NCBI RefSeq assembly: GCF_024700885.2
Contig: NZ_CP117016.1
Length of the DNA stretch: 64,000 bases
Strand: one strand, 5' to 3'
Origin: Escherichia coli
Lineage (GTDB): Bacteria; Pseudomonadota; Gammaproteobacteria; Enterobacterales; Enterobacteriaceae
A program made the position numbers and the translations under genes. The notes below the pieces were generated by a model. That model saw only the letters and a list, made by a program, of their open reading frames with translations, was not told the origin of the DNA and made no database searches. This document shows positions 10,496-20,217 of the stretch, in pieces; position 1 is the first letter of the stretch; the number at the start of each line of letters is the position of its first letter.

Positions 10496-11305
10496 GTGCA
10501 GATGCTCGACCGGCTGGAAAGTGAAATCCTGGCTGACCGGGTGAGTGAGGAAAGCCGACGCTGGCTGGCATCGTGCGGCCTGACGGTGGCGCAGATGCAA
10601 AACCAGATGGACCCGGTGTACACGCCGGCGCGAAAAATCCACCTGTACCACTGCGACCATCGCGGCCTGCCGCTGGTGCTTATCAGCACGGAAGGGGCAA
10701 CAGAATGGTGCGCAGAATACGATGAGTGGGGCAACCTGCTGAATGAAGAGAACCCGCACCAGCTGCAGGGGCGGTATATCACTCAGGATCCGATTGGACT
10801 GAAGGGGGGATGGAATTTTTATCAGTATCCGTTGAATCCGATAACTGATATTGACCCGTTGGGATTAGCGACCTGTTTATACAGCATAACTTTAGGTATG
10901 CTTTCATGCGTTTCAGATACGCCAAGTGATGATAATTCTTATGGTGTGCTTACTATTTCAGTCGCCTCTGGTAATAATGGTAATAATATGCAATGTAAAA
11001 ATAATCCTGGTTGTACACACTTACAAAATAGAGGCCCAATACCTCCAGGGGTATGGAGCTGGAATGTTAATGGTCCTGGAGCAACTAATAGAAAACCTAA
11101 TGGTATACGTTTAGTACCGTCAGCAAATACAGAAACGTATAATCGTGATGGATTTTTAACACATAGTTGTTTAAACGCTTTTGGTCCATCTTTAGGACCT
11201 CGATTCTGTTCCGAGGGTTGTATAACTGGTTCATCTAATGACATGCAAAAATTAAATGAGCTAATATTTTCAGAGCCAGATAGCACATTAACAGTGACGG
11301 ACTAG
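10496..11305 (+). CDS. yibJ: orphan Rhs C-terminal fragment (3' core plus alternative toxin tip) with L,D-transpeptidase-like motif
   Basis: nt ~10472-10840 are near-identical to the rhsA 3' core (5616-6070) including [18 protein letters not shown]; the tip then diverges; tip contains H-S-x14-S-E-G-C-I-T (His codon 11162-11164, Cys codon 11219-11221); symbol is positional only. Confidence 0.7.
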   Translation: MQMLDRLESEILADRVSEESRRWLASCGLTVAQMQNQMDPVYTPARKIHLYHCDHRGLPLVLISTEGATEWCAEYDEWGNLLNEENPHQLQGRYITQDPIGLKGGWNFYQYPLNPITDIDPLGLATCLYSITLGMLSCVSDTPSDDNSYGVLTISVASGNNGNNMQCKNNPGCTHLQNRGPIPPGVWSWNVNGPGATNRKPNGIRLVPSANTETYNRDGFLTHSCLNAFGPSLGPRFCSEGCITGSSNDMQKLNELIFSEPDSTLTVTD

Positions 11306-11309
11306 AAAT

Positions 11310-11705
11310 ATGGCAAGGTTATTAACAATTGTGCTTTTTTTCTCTATTTCTGCGAATGCAGTTACTGTAAACCAATTTCAGAGAGAGTTGGATTTGGCAG
11401 ACAAGGCAATATTATGGGCACTAATATCAGCCAGTACCCAAGAGGGACGAAAAGCGTGTTCACTTAGCTATTTTTCATGTAAAGCCGCAGAGGCTGAACT
11501 CGGACTGGCATATATGGCTGCTAATGATAACAAGGCATTTCTCACATCCTTATCTAGAATAATGATGTACAAAATAGATGCTGGACTTTCCGAATCCTAT
11601 ACATGCTATTTATTAAGCAAGGGAAAGATCATAAGACCATATCTGAAGAATCTAAATCCACACCAACTTGTCGCTGATTGCATTGAAACTGTAAATAAAA
11701 GATAA
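11310..11705 (+). CDS. putative immunity protein for the orphan Rhs tip, secreted
   Basis: starts 4 nt after the yibJ stop; N-terminus MARLLTIVLFFSISANA is signal-peptide-like; AT-rich. Confidence 0.55.
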   Translation: MARLLTIVLFFSISANAVTVNQFQRELDLADKAILWALISASTQEGRKACSLSYFSCKAAEAELGLAYMAANDNKAFLTSLSRIMMYKIDAGLSESYTCYLLSKGKIIRPYLKNLNPHQLVADCIETVNKR

Positions 11706-12283
11706 AAATAAAAAAATCATTGATATAGATTCAGTTAATATTTGCAATGATAATAAAAATATAAATTGGAGAGTTAATAGTACTATTGTAGCCATTGATG
11801 ATTCTATAAAATGCATCGATGAATAATAACTTAATTATATTTAAAAATATATTAATGACTCACTCTCCAGGAGTTTTTTAACTTAGTGTTATAATGAATA
11901 CGATAATTAAAAGTGAAGAGAAAAATAGTTGTATACATATATTACATGAACCTACATTGTGATCTATAAATTAAATATTTTTAAATGTGACTGTCATCCT
12001 TCAGATAATAAAGCCATCATCGCAATAGATGGAAAAGCACTCCTGCTCTTTTTTGATTAGAGCCGTGGCAGAGGAACAACTCATATCATCATTGCGATCT
12101 CGACAATGTATGGTCTGATCCTTCGGCAGATCAAGACGGATAAAAAATCCAATGAGTTCACACTCATCCCGAACTTCTTAACATAATGGATATTAACGAA
12201 AAATCATCGCAGCCAATGAAGTAATATGCAAAAATAATTAGTCCTTACAGGGAGCAAAGTTCCATAATCTCCCCCTTCCCTAC

Positions 12284-13420
12284 TCAATGATCCAAATAAA
12301 GATAATGCATCCAACTGGTCATTCTCAGCAGCACCTTCCGCATCACCGAAACATGGCTGAAATGGTCGGAGTAAACTGCCACCTGGGCGTAGATGCCGTC
12401 GGGTAAGGCATCGATATCAGCGTTAGGGTCCAGTTCAATGGTTCCCAGCACACCGTCCGTGCCGGGCACGACCGTTAATGATTGCAATACCCCCTGCGCC
12501 TGATAAGAACCGCCTGGCACGACAGGTAAAATACTGGTCAGTTTGCCGTGGAACACCTGCCCAGGTAGCGCGTTAAACACCACTTCCGCATCATCGCCGG
12601 GTTTCAGACGTAACAGCGAGTTTTGCCGAAATTGGGCGACAATTTGCCGTTTTTGCTCGGGGATGAAAACCATCACCGGACGCAACGGCAAGGCAGCTGC
12701 GTATGTACCTGGGCGGATCAGTACCTGAGTAACGTAGCCATTGCTCGGCGCGCGAATGACAGTCTGCTCAAGGTTATATTTTGCTTCAGTAAGTTGCGCT
12801 CTTAAGCTCACAATCTGCGATTGCTCGCCGTTAACCATACTATCGAGCTGGCTCTGGATCTGCGCCTGCTCCGCCACCGAGCCTTTCACCAGCGCATCCT
12901 GCGCGAGGAAATTTTGCCGCGCATCGTCGATGTCACGTTCCGAGAACGGATTCACCGCCGCCTGGCTGCCTTTCAGATAACGTTGATAATTATTAAACAG
13001 ACGGTCGCGCTCCGCTGAAACCTGGGTGGTGTTGGCCTGCGCTTCAGTGAGCTGCGCGCGCAGCGTCTTTATATTATGCGTCGCCGTCATCAGGTCAGCC
13101 TGAAGTCTGTCAACTCGCGCCTGGTAACGAACCGGGTCGAGCTTAAAAAGCACCTCGCCCTTTTGAATAAGCTGATTATTCTTGTCAGTGACTTCAGTAA
13201 CAATTCCCGTCACCTGTGGCGTGATGGGGATCGCAATCACTGCCTTTTGCGCGGTAAAAGTGTAAGGGTGGTTGTAGTTCATCAACAAAATCAAACCACT
13301 CACCAGAAACACGCCTCCCAGCGCCGCCGTCGCCAGCGTCCACTGATTTACCGGAATGCGGAAGATTTTAAAGACCGCCCACGCCAGCGCCACGTAAGTT
13401 AAAACAATCAATAGATCCAT
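12284..13420 (-). CDS. yibH: HlyD-family membrane fusion-like protein
   Basis: 378-aa ORF with N-terminal TM segment and long coiled-coil region; position upstream of mtlA. Confidence 0.8.
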   Translation of the reverse strand: MDLLIVLTYVALAWAVFKIFRIPVNQWTLATAALGGVFLVSGLILLMNYNHPYTFTAQKAVIAIPITPQVTGIVTEVTDKNNQLIQKGEVLFKLDPVRYQARVDRLQADLMTATHNIKTLRAQLTEAQANTTQVSAERDRLFNNYQRYLKGSQAAVNPFSERDIDDARQNFLAQDALVKGSVAEQAQIQSQLDSMVNGEQSQIVSLRAQLTEAKYNLEQTVIRAPSNGYVTQVLIRPGTYAAALPLRPVMVFIPEQKRQIVAQFRQNSLLRLKPGDDAEVVFNALPGQVFHGKLTSILPVVPGGSYQAQGVLQSLTVVPGTDGVLGTIELDPNADIDALPDGIYAQVAVYSDHFSHVSVMRKVLLRMTSWMHYLYLDH

Positions 13421-13422
13421 AT

Positions 13423-13785
13423 TTAGATCTCCGGGAACGTGGAATAGTCAGTCTTTTTCTCGGCGGCGAGTTGATGCTCCAGCCGGGAAATTCGGTCAGA
13501 AAGTGCGGCGATTTCCGGGTCAGCCGCTTTCTCCTGCGACGCAACATGTGACTGCATACCCCAGCCACGCTCCGGTTGATAGAGCGTCGCCCAGATCCAC
13601 AGAAACGGCCAGATAACATGCAGAGTAAACAGGCTCACCCAGCCCGCCGTATGAATAGCGTCGGCATGGGGATGGTTGCGCTTTTTGGCAATCAGATAAG
13701 GGATGTCATGTATCGCGATGATTCCATAAAAAATCACCAGAAAGACGAAGATCAGCACTCCCAACGCGAAATAGTTTAGAAACAT
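13423..13785 (-). CDS. yibI: small inner membrane protein (DUF3302-like)
   Basis: 120-aa ORF with two hydrophobic segments; 2-nt gap downstream of it to yibH, co-oriented. Confidence 0.75.
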   Translation of the reverse strand: MFLNYFALGVLIFVFLVIFYGIIAIHDIPYLIAKKRNHPHADAIHTAGWVSLFTLHVIWPFLWIWATLYQPERGWGMQSHVASQEKAADPEIAALSDRISRLEHQLAAEKKTDYSTFPEI

Positions 13786-14001
13786 ATCTGCCTCGGATTC
13801 ACGTTTATCGGTGTTGTTTTTTGGCTGGCAGCCAGAAGGGAGTCAGGCTGATATTTTGACAATAATTCGGGTTCGCGATTCTCGCCATAACACCAAAGAA
13901 TAATTTTTAGAGGTGATGAGTTGCTTAGTTACATAACGATTTTATGACGAAGGCATAACATGCTGCAGATCACATCAGGTGAACGCCGTAAGAAAATATC
14001 T

Positions 14002-14178
14002 TGTGATTCAGATCACAAAGATTCAACAAACTAACAAAACAAAAATGTGACATTACTCACATTTAAATGCCATTTTTAGCGAAAATCGCCGCCTTGTTGC
14101 TTTTTTACACAGTCGTTTTGTGATGAGCATCACGTCAATTACCTCTCTACCCCCTATATTTATGTGACTGATATCACA
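14002..14178 (+). promoter_or_regulatory. mtlA regulatory region with four CRP-like palindromes (TGTGA-N6-TCACA)
   Basis: tgtgattcagatcaca 14002-14017; tgtgacattactcaca 14046-14061; tgtgatgagcatcacg 14119-14134; tgtgactgatatcaca 14163-14178; all upstream of mtlA ATG 14322. Confidence 0.75.
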
Positions 14179-14321
14179 CAAAAGGCCGTCGACTGGACAG
14201 TTAACCGATTCAGTGCCAGATTTCGCAGTATCTACAAGGTCCGGCTACCTCTGCCGCCACATTAACAAAAAACCTCGGGCTTCCAGCCTGCGCGACAGCA
14301 AACATAAGAAGGGGTGTTTTT

Positions 14322-16235
14322 ATGTCATCCGATATTAAGATCAAAGTGCAAAGCTTTGGTCGTTTCCTCAGCAACATGGTGATGCCAAATATCGGCGCGT
14401 TTATCGCGTGGGGTATCATCACCGCGTTATTTATTCCAACAGGGTGGTTACCGAACGAAACGCTGGCGAAGCTGGTCGGGCCAATGATCACTTATCTCCT
14501 GCCGCTGCTGATCGGTTATACCGGTGGTAAGCTGGTAGGCGGCGAACGTGGCGGTGTAGTCGGTGCCATCACCACCATGGGCGTTATCGTCGGCGCAGAT
14601 ATGCCAATGTTCCTTGGTTCTATGATTGCAGGTCCGCTGGGCGGCTGGTGCATTAAGCACTTCGACCGCTGGGTAGACGGTAAGATCAAATCCGGTTTTG
14701 AGATGCTGGTGAATAACTTCTCCGCAGGCATCATCGGGATGATCCTCGCTATTCTGGCATTCCTCGGCATTGGCCCGATTGTTGAAGCCCTGTCCAAAAT
14801 GCTGGCTGCGGGCGTTAACTTCATGGTTGTCCATGACATGCTGCCGCTGGCGTCTATCTTTGTTGAACCGGCGAAAATCCTGTTCCTCAACAACGCCATT
14901 AACCACGGTATCTTCTCGCCGCTGGGTATTCAGCAGTCCCATGAACTGGGTAAATCCATCTTCTTCCTGATTGAAGCTAACCCAGGTCCGGGTATGGGCG
15001 TGCTGCTGGCGTACATGTTCTTTGGTCGTGGTAGCGCTAAACAGTCTGCGGGCGGTGCGGCAATCATCCACTTCCTGGGCGGTATCCACGAAATCTACTT
15101 CCCGTATGTGCTGATGAATCCGCGTCTGATTCTGGCCGTTATCCTCGGTGGTATGACTGGCGTGTTCACGCTGACTATCCTGGGCGGTGGTCTGGTTTCT
15201 CCGGCATCTCCGGGTTCTATCCTTGCTGTACTGGCGATGACACCAAAAGGTGCTTATTTCGCTAACATCGCGGGTGTGTGTGCGGCGATGGCTGTCTCCT
15301 TCGTTGTCTCTGCTATTTTGCTGAAAACCAGCAAAGTGAAAGAAGAAGATGATATTGAAGCAGCAACTCGTCGTATGCAGGACATGAAAGCTGAGTCTAA
15401 AGGTGCGTCTCCGCTGTCTGCGGGCGATGTGACTAACGACCTGAGCCACGTACGTAAAATCATCGTTGCCTGTGATGCCGGTATGGGTTCCAGTGCAATG
15501 GGCGCAGGCGTGCTGCGTAAGAAAATTCAGGATGCAGGTCTGTCGCAGATTTCTGTTACTAACAGCGCGATCAACAACCTGCCGCCAGATGTGGACCTGG
15601 TCATCACTCACCGTGACCTGACCGAACGCGCTATGCGCCAGGTTCCGCAGGCACAGCATATTTCGCTGACCAACTTCCTCGACAGCGGCTTGTACACCAG
15701 CCTGACCGAACGTCTGGTTGCTGCCCAGCGCCATACTGAAAACGAAGTGAAAGTGAAAGACAGTCTGAAAGACAGCTTTGACGATTCCAATGCTAACCTG
15801 TTCAAGCTAGGCGCGGAGAACATCTTCCTCGGTCGCAAAGCGGCCACCAAAGAAGAAGCGATTCGTTTTGCTGGCGAGCAACTGGTGAAAGGCGGTTACG
15901 TTGAGCCGGAATACGTTCAGGCGATGCTGGATCGTGAAAAACTGACCCCGACTTATCTGGGTGAGTCTATCGCGGTGCCACACGGTACGGTTGAAGCGAA
16001 AGATCGCGTACTGAAAACGGGCGTGGTGTTCTGCCAGTACCCGGAAGGCGTGCGCTTCGGTGAAGAAGAAGATGACATTGCCCGTCTGGTGATTGGTATT
16101 GCTGCCCGTAACAACGAGCACATTCAGGTTATCACCAGCCTGACCAATGCACTGGATGATGAATCCGTCATCGAGCGTCTGGCACACACCACCAGCGTGG
16201 ATGAAGTGCTGGAACTGCTGGCAGGTCGTAAGTAA
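14322..16235 (+). CDS. mtlA: PTS mannitol-specific EIICBA component
   Basis: 637-aa ORF, N-terminus [31 protein letters not shown] matches recalled MtlA; full length. Confidence 0.97.
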   Translation: MSSDIKIKVQSFGRFLSNMVMPNIGAFIAWGIITALFIPTGWLPNETLAKLVGPMITYLLPLLIGYTGGKLVGGERGGVVGAITTMGVIVGADMPMFLGSMIAGPLGGWCIKHFDRWVDGKIKSGFEMLVNNFSAGIIGMILAILAFLGIGPIVEALSKMLAAGVNFMVVHDMLPLASIFVEPAKILFLNNAINHGIFSPLGIQQSHELGKSIFFLIEANPGPGMGVLLAYMFFGRGSAKQSAGGAAIIHFLGGIHEIYFPYVLMNPRLILAVILGGMTGVFTLTILGGGLVSPASPGSILAVLAMTPKGAYFANIAGVCAAMAVSFVVSAILLKTSKVKEEDDIEAATRRMQDMKAESKGASPLSAGDVTNDLSHVRKIIVACDAGMGSSAMGAGVLRKKIQDAGLSQISVTNSAINNLPPDVDLVITHRDLTERAMRQVPQAQHISLTNFLDSGLYTSLTERLVAAQRHTENEVKVKDSLKDSFDDSNANLFKLGAENIFLGRKAATKEEAIRFAGEQLVKGGYVEPEYVQAMLDREKLTPTYLGESIAVPHGTVEAKDRVLKTGVVFCQYPEGVRFGEEEDDIARLVIGIAARNNEHIQVITSLTNALDDESVIERLAHTTSVDEVLELLAGRK

Positions 16236-16245
16236 TCCAATCCTA

Positions 16246-16301
16246 CCCTCTCCTCACGGAGAGGGTTTGGGTGAGGGAAAAGCCTCACCCCAGCCCTCTC
16301 G
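16246..16301. repeat. GC-rich nested palindromic element in the mtlA-mtlD intergenic region
   Basis: ccctctcc(16246-16253)-tcac-ggagaggg(16258-16265); gggtgagg(16269-16276)-gaaaag-cctcaccc(16283-16290); a third ccctctcg copy at 16294-16301 could pair alternatively with ggagaggg. Confidence 0.6.
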
Positions 16302-16329
16302 GGTAAAAACATTGATGAAGGTTAATACT

Positions 16330-17478
16330 ATGAAAGCATTACATTTTGGCGCAGGTAATATCGGTCGTGGCTTTATCGGTAAACTGCTGGCAGACGCGGG
16401 TATCCAACTGACGTTTGCCGATGTCAATCAGGTGGTACTTGATGCCCTGAATGCCCGTCATAGCTATCAGGTTCATGTGGTCGGTGAAACCGAGCAGGTA
16501 GATACCGTTTCCGGCGTCAATGCCGTCAGCAGCATTGGTGATGATGTCGTTGATCTGATTGCTCAGGTTGATTTAGTCACTACCGCCGTTGGTCCGGTTG
16601 TGCTGGAACGTATTGCTCCGGCAATCGCCAAAGGGCTGGTGAAACGTAAAGAACAAGGTAATGAATCCCCGCTGAACATTATCGCCTGTGAAAACATGGT
16701 ACGCGGCACCACGCAGCTGAAAGGCCATGTGATGAACGCCCTGCCGGAAGATGCCAAAGCGTGGGTAGAAGAACACGTTGGCTTTGTCGATTCCGCCGTT
16801 GACCGCATCGTGCCGCCTTCGGCTTCTGCAACCAACGATCCGCTGGAAGTGACGGTAGAAACATTCAGCGAATGGATTGTTGATAAAACCCAGTTCAAAG
16901 GCGCGCTGCCGAACATCCCAGGAATGGAGTTAACCGACAACCTGATGGCATTTGTCGAACGTAAACTCTTCACCCTGAATACAGGTCATGCTATAACCGC
17001 GTACCTCGGAAAACTGGCCGGTCATCAGACCATTCGTGACGCTATTCTCGACGAGAAAATCCGCGCGGTGGTAAAAGGTGCGATGGAAGAAAGTGGTGCA
17101 GTATTGATCAAGCGCTACGGCTTTGACGCAGACAAACATGCGGCGTACATCCGGAAAATCCTCGGTCGTTTCGAGAACCCGTATCTGAAAGATGATGTAG
17201 AGCGCGTAGGCCGTCAGCCGCTGCGTAAACTGAGTGCTGGCGACCGTCTGATCAAGCCACTGCTCGGAACGCTGGAATATGGTCTGCCACATAAAAACCT
17301 GATTGAAGGTATTGCCGCTGCAATGCACTTCCGCAGTGAAGATGATCCGCAGGCTCAGGAACTGGCAGCACTGATCGCTGACAAAGGTCCGCAGGCGGCG
17401 CTGGCACAGATTTCCGGTCTTGATGCCAACAGCGAGGTTGTATCCGAGGCGGTAACCGCTTATAAAGCAATGCAATAA
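16330..17478 (+). CDS. mtlD: mannitol-1-phosphate 5-dehydrogenase
   Basis: start at internal ATG 16330 ([20 protein letters not shown], Rossmann motif) gives 382 aa; the longer track ORF from 16147 runs through the intergenic palindromes. Confidence 0.96.
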   Translation: MKALHFGAGNIGRGFIGKLLADAGIQLTFADVNQVVLDALNARHSYQVHVVGETEQVDTVSGVNAVSSIGDDVVDLIAQVDLVTTAVGPVVLERIAPAIAKGLVKRKEQGNESPLNIIACENMVRGTTQLKGHVMNALPEDAKAWVEEHVGFVDSAVDRIVPPSASATNDPLEVTVETFSEWIVDKTQFKGALPNIPGMELTDNLMAFVERKLFTLNTGHAITAYLGKLAGHQTIRDAILDEKIRAVVKGAMEESGAVLIKRYGFDADKHAAYIRKILGRFENPYLKDDVERVGRQPLRKLSAGDRLIKPLLGTLEYGLPHKNLIEGIAAAMHFRSEDDPQAQELAALIADKGPQAALAQISGLDANSEVVSEAVTAYKAMQ

Positions 17479-18065
17479 TGGTGGACCAGGCGCAGGATAC
17501 CCTGCGCCCGAATAACAGATTGTCAGATATGCAGGCAACAATGGAACAAACCCAGGCCTTTGAAAACCGTGTGCTTGAGCGTCTGAATGCTGGCAAAACC
17601 GTGCGAAGCTTTCTGATCACCGCCGTCGAGCTTTTGACCGAGGCGGTAAATCTTCTGGTGCTTCAGGTATTCCGCAAAGACGATTACGCGGTGAAGTATG
17701 CTGTAGAACCGTTACTCGACGGCGACGGTCCGCTGGGCGATCTTTCTGTGCGTTTAAAACTCATTTACGGGTTGGGCGTCATTAACCGCCAGGAATACGA
17801 AGATGCGGAACTGCTGATGGCATTGCGTGAAGAGCTAAATCACGACGGCAACGAGTACGCGTTTACCGACGACGAAATCCTTGGACCCTTTGGTGAACTG
17901 CATTGCGTGGCGGCGTTACCACCGCCGCCACAGTTTGAACCTGCAGACTCCAGTTTGTATGCAATGCAAATTCAGCGTTACCAACAGGCTGTGCGATCAA
18001 CAATGGTCCTTTCACTGACAGAGCTGATTTCCAAAATCAGCTTAAAAAAAGCCTTCCAAAAGTAA
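17478..18065 (+). CDS. mtlR: mannitol operon repressor
   Basis: 195-aa ORF; ATG overlaps the mtlD stop (TAATG); operon position. Confidence 0.93.
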   Translation: MVDQAQDTLRPNNRLSDMQATMEQTQAFENRVLERLNAGKTVRSFLITAVELLTEAVNLLVLQVFRKDDYAVKYAVEPLLDGDGPLGDLSVRLKLIYGLGVINRQEYEDAELLMALREELNHDGNEYAFTDDEILGPFGELHCVAALPPPPQFEPADSSLYAMQIQRYQQAVRSTMVLSLTELISKISLKKAFQK

Positions 18066-18080
18066 GCAACGTCTGCTTAC
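18062..18080. terminator. perfect 7-bp inverted repeat spanning the convergent mtlR and yibT stop codons
   Basis: gtaagca-acgtc-tgcttac; on the minus strand the hairpin is followed by UUUUGG, so it likely terminates yibT; no U-run on the plus side. Confidence 0.5.
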
Positions 18081-18286
18081 TGCCCCTCTACCTGCTTCGG
18101 CCGATAAAGCCGACGATAATACTCCAGACGTTGTAGATATAACGGCACGCTTTCATCAGGTATTCCGGACGGAATCGCGTTACGGGGAGGTAGTTTTTTC
18201 AGATACTCCCGGAACGCCTGGCTCGATGCCATGAAATCTACGGCTTTATCGATAAGAAGCGGAACGTTTTCACCTAATTTGCCCAT
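18077..18286 (-). CDS. yibT: small protein YibT
   Basis: 69-aa [32 protein letters not shown]; position after mtlR. Confidence 0.75.
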
Positions 18287-18569
18287 GATGATATCTCCGT
18301 ATTACCCCGCGCCGGGAATGCGCGGCCGCCAATTTTAGTTTAGATCCCGGTATAAATGACATTAAGGAAAACGTGCTCAATCCTCAATAATCATCCGTTT
18401 CTATTAACTATCTTTTTTCTTTAAATTTCTTAATTAATCAATAAATTGCGTAGTTTTTAAGCATGTTAATGTTTACGTTATAGAACTATTGCAATGTCAT
18501 CAGTTGTGAACAAAGCACCTGGTCGCGCATACTAGGGGCTATAAATTTATCTTTATCAGAAGCCATCAC

Positions 18570-18932
18570 ATGAAAGAAGTCGAAAAAAACGAAATCAAAC
18601 GTCTCAGCGATCGTCTGGACGCCATCCGCCACCAGCAGGCCGATCTGTCGCTGGTTGAAGCCGCAGACAAATATGCTGAACTGGAAAAAGAGAAAGCCAC
18701 TCTGGAAGCAGAAATTGCTCGCCTGCGCGAAGTTCACAGCCAGAAACTCAGTAAGGAAGCACAGAAGCTGATGAAGATGCCGTTCCAGCGCGCGATTACT
18801 AAAAAAGAGCAAGCTGATATGGGCAAACTGAAGAAGAGCGTTCGCGGACTGGTCGTTGTGCACCCAATGACCGCGCTGGGCCGCGAAATGGGCCTACAAG
18901 AGATGACAGGGTTCTCTAAGACTGCGTTTTAA
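18570..18932 (+). CDS. yibL: ribosome-associated protein YibL
   Basis: 120-aa [29 protein letters not shown]; position. Confidence 0.8.
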
Positions 18933-19490
18933 GTTCCTTTCTCGTCGCTGTAATTACAGCCACTCACGATTTACTCGCTCCTGCTGGCACATGCAGGGGC
19001 CTGTTTTAGCGATCGAATATTTATAACGTTCTTAACATTATATATTCAACTCCACCTACACTTCTGAGCGCTCGGAGCAGGCTAAATTCTGAAAATCCGG
19101 TACAAATTAAAGAATGATGTATCAATATTAACAATGAATTGCCGCATATCAATGCTTGAAACATAATTAATTATTTAAATTTTTCTATCAGCATCGCAAA
19201 CTTCGCAATAAAACATCACTCAACTGAATATTTACCTTTCCCTGCCCTGGGCCTTTATCCGGTGAAACATTTGACATTGATTGACACCGATCATTAAAAT
19301 CCGCGCGATTAATATTATTGGCTACAAACCGAAATTGTTTGACACTTAATAACATATTCGCACAACCAATTAATACAAAAATTCTCTAACAAATTTATTT
19401 GTCGGATATGCTCCACTCTAATCATTCATAAAAAAAATGATTGTGCCGTAATTATCAACTGTATCGGGATTATGAAAAGGAATTCATCCT

Positions 19491-20174
19491 ATGAACCTAA
19501 AGAAAACACTGTTAAGCGTGTTAATAATAGTGCCTCTCTGCTTATTGGCAGGGTGTGACTATATTGAAAAAGCGAGTAAGGTCGACGACCTCGTTACACA
19601 GCAAGAGTTGCAAAAAAGCAAAATTGAGGCGCTTGAGAAACAACAGGAACTCGATAAGCGAAAGATAGAACATTTTGAAAAACAACAAACTACTATCATA
19701 AATAGTACCAAGACGCTCGCTGGCGTGGTGAAAGCGGTTAAAGACAAACAGGACGAATTTGTCTTTACAGAATTTAACCCGGCACAAACACAATACTTCA
19801 TTCTAAATAACGGTTCTGTCGGTTTGGCAGGTCGGGTGCTGGCTATTGATGCGGTTGAAAACGGCAGCGTTATTCGTATTTCACTAGTCAATCTATTAAG
19901 CGTTCCCGTATCAAATATTGGCTTTCATGCGACATGGGGCAATGAAAGACCCACCGATGCCAAAGCTCTGGCGAAGTGGCAACAATTACTTTTCAACACC
20001 ACCATGAATTCCACTCTGCAATTAATGCCTGGTCAATGGCAAGACATTAATCTGACATTAAAAGGCGTTTCGCCTAATAACCTGAAGTATCTGAAGTTGT
20101 CCATCAATATGGCAAATCTCCAGTTCGACACTGTTCAATCTGCTGAAACTCGGCAGCGAAAAAACAAAAAATAA
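19491..20174 (+). CDS. coiled-coil lipoprotein, SadB-like candidate autotransporter-adhesin helper
   Basis: 227-aa ORF; signal peptide with lipobox LLAGC; heptad-rich segment (QQELQKSKIEALEKQQELDKRKIEHFEKQQ); immediately upstream of the adhesin gene and co-oriented. Confidence 0.55.
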   Translation: MNLKKTLLSVLIIVPLCLLAGCDYIEKASKVDDLVTQQELQKSKIEALEKQQELDKRKIEHFEKQQTTIINSTKTLAGVVKAVKDKQDEFVFTEFNPAQTQYFILNNGSVGLAGRVLAIDAVENGSVIRISLVNLLSVPVSNIGFHATWGNERPTDAKALAKWQQLLFNTTMNSTLQLMPGQWQDINLTLKGVSPNNLKYLKLSINMANLQFDTVQSAETRQRKNKK

Positions 20175-20217
20175 ATGCAGCTTCTGCGCTTATATCAAGG
20201 AATAGAGAGCATCAATA

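Noticed and set aside
10322-10782. Minus-strand ORFs overlapping the yibA 3' end and the yibJ 5' end
   Set aside because: They are antisense to the GC-rich Rhs core repeat; the same antisense ORF appears opposite rhsA at 5410-5904.
6000-12300. Possible integrated mobile element (IS or prophage) explaining the AT-rich block
   Set aside because: No transposase, integrase, terminal inverted repeats or phage structural genes are seen; the content is Rhs tips, immunity-like genes and core relics, so Rhs-associated variable DNA is the better explanation.
14448-15734. 428-codon minus-strand ORF antisense to mtlA
   Set aside because: Fully embedded antisense to a well-supported 637-aa transporter gene; composition looks like random antisense reading.
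16147-16329. Upstream extension of the mtlD ORF starting at 16147
   Set aside because: The extension reads through the mtlA 3' end and the intergenic palindromes; the ATG at 16330 gives the expected 382-aa MtlD with the Rossmann motif at its N-terminus.
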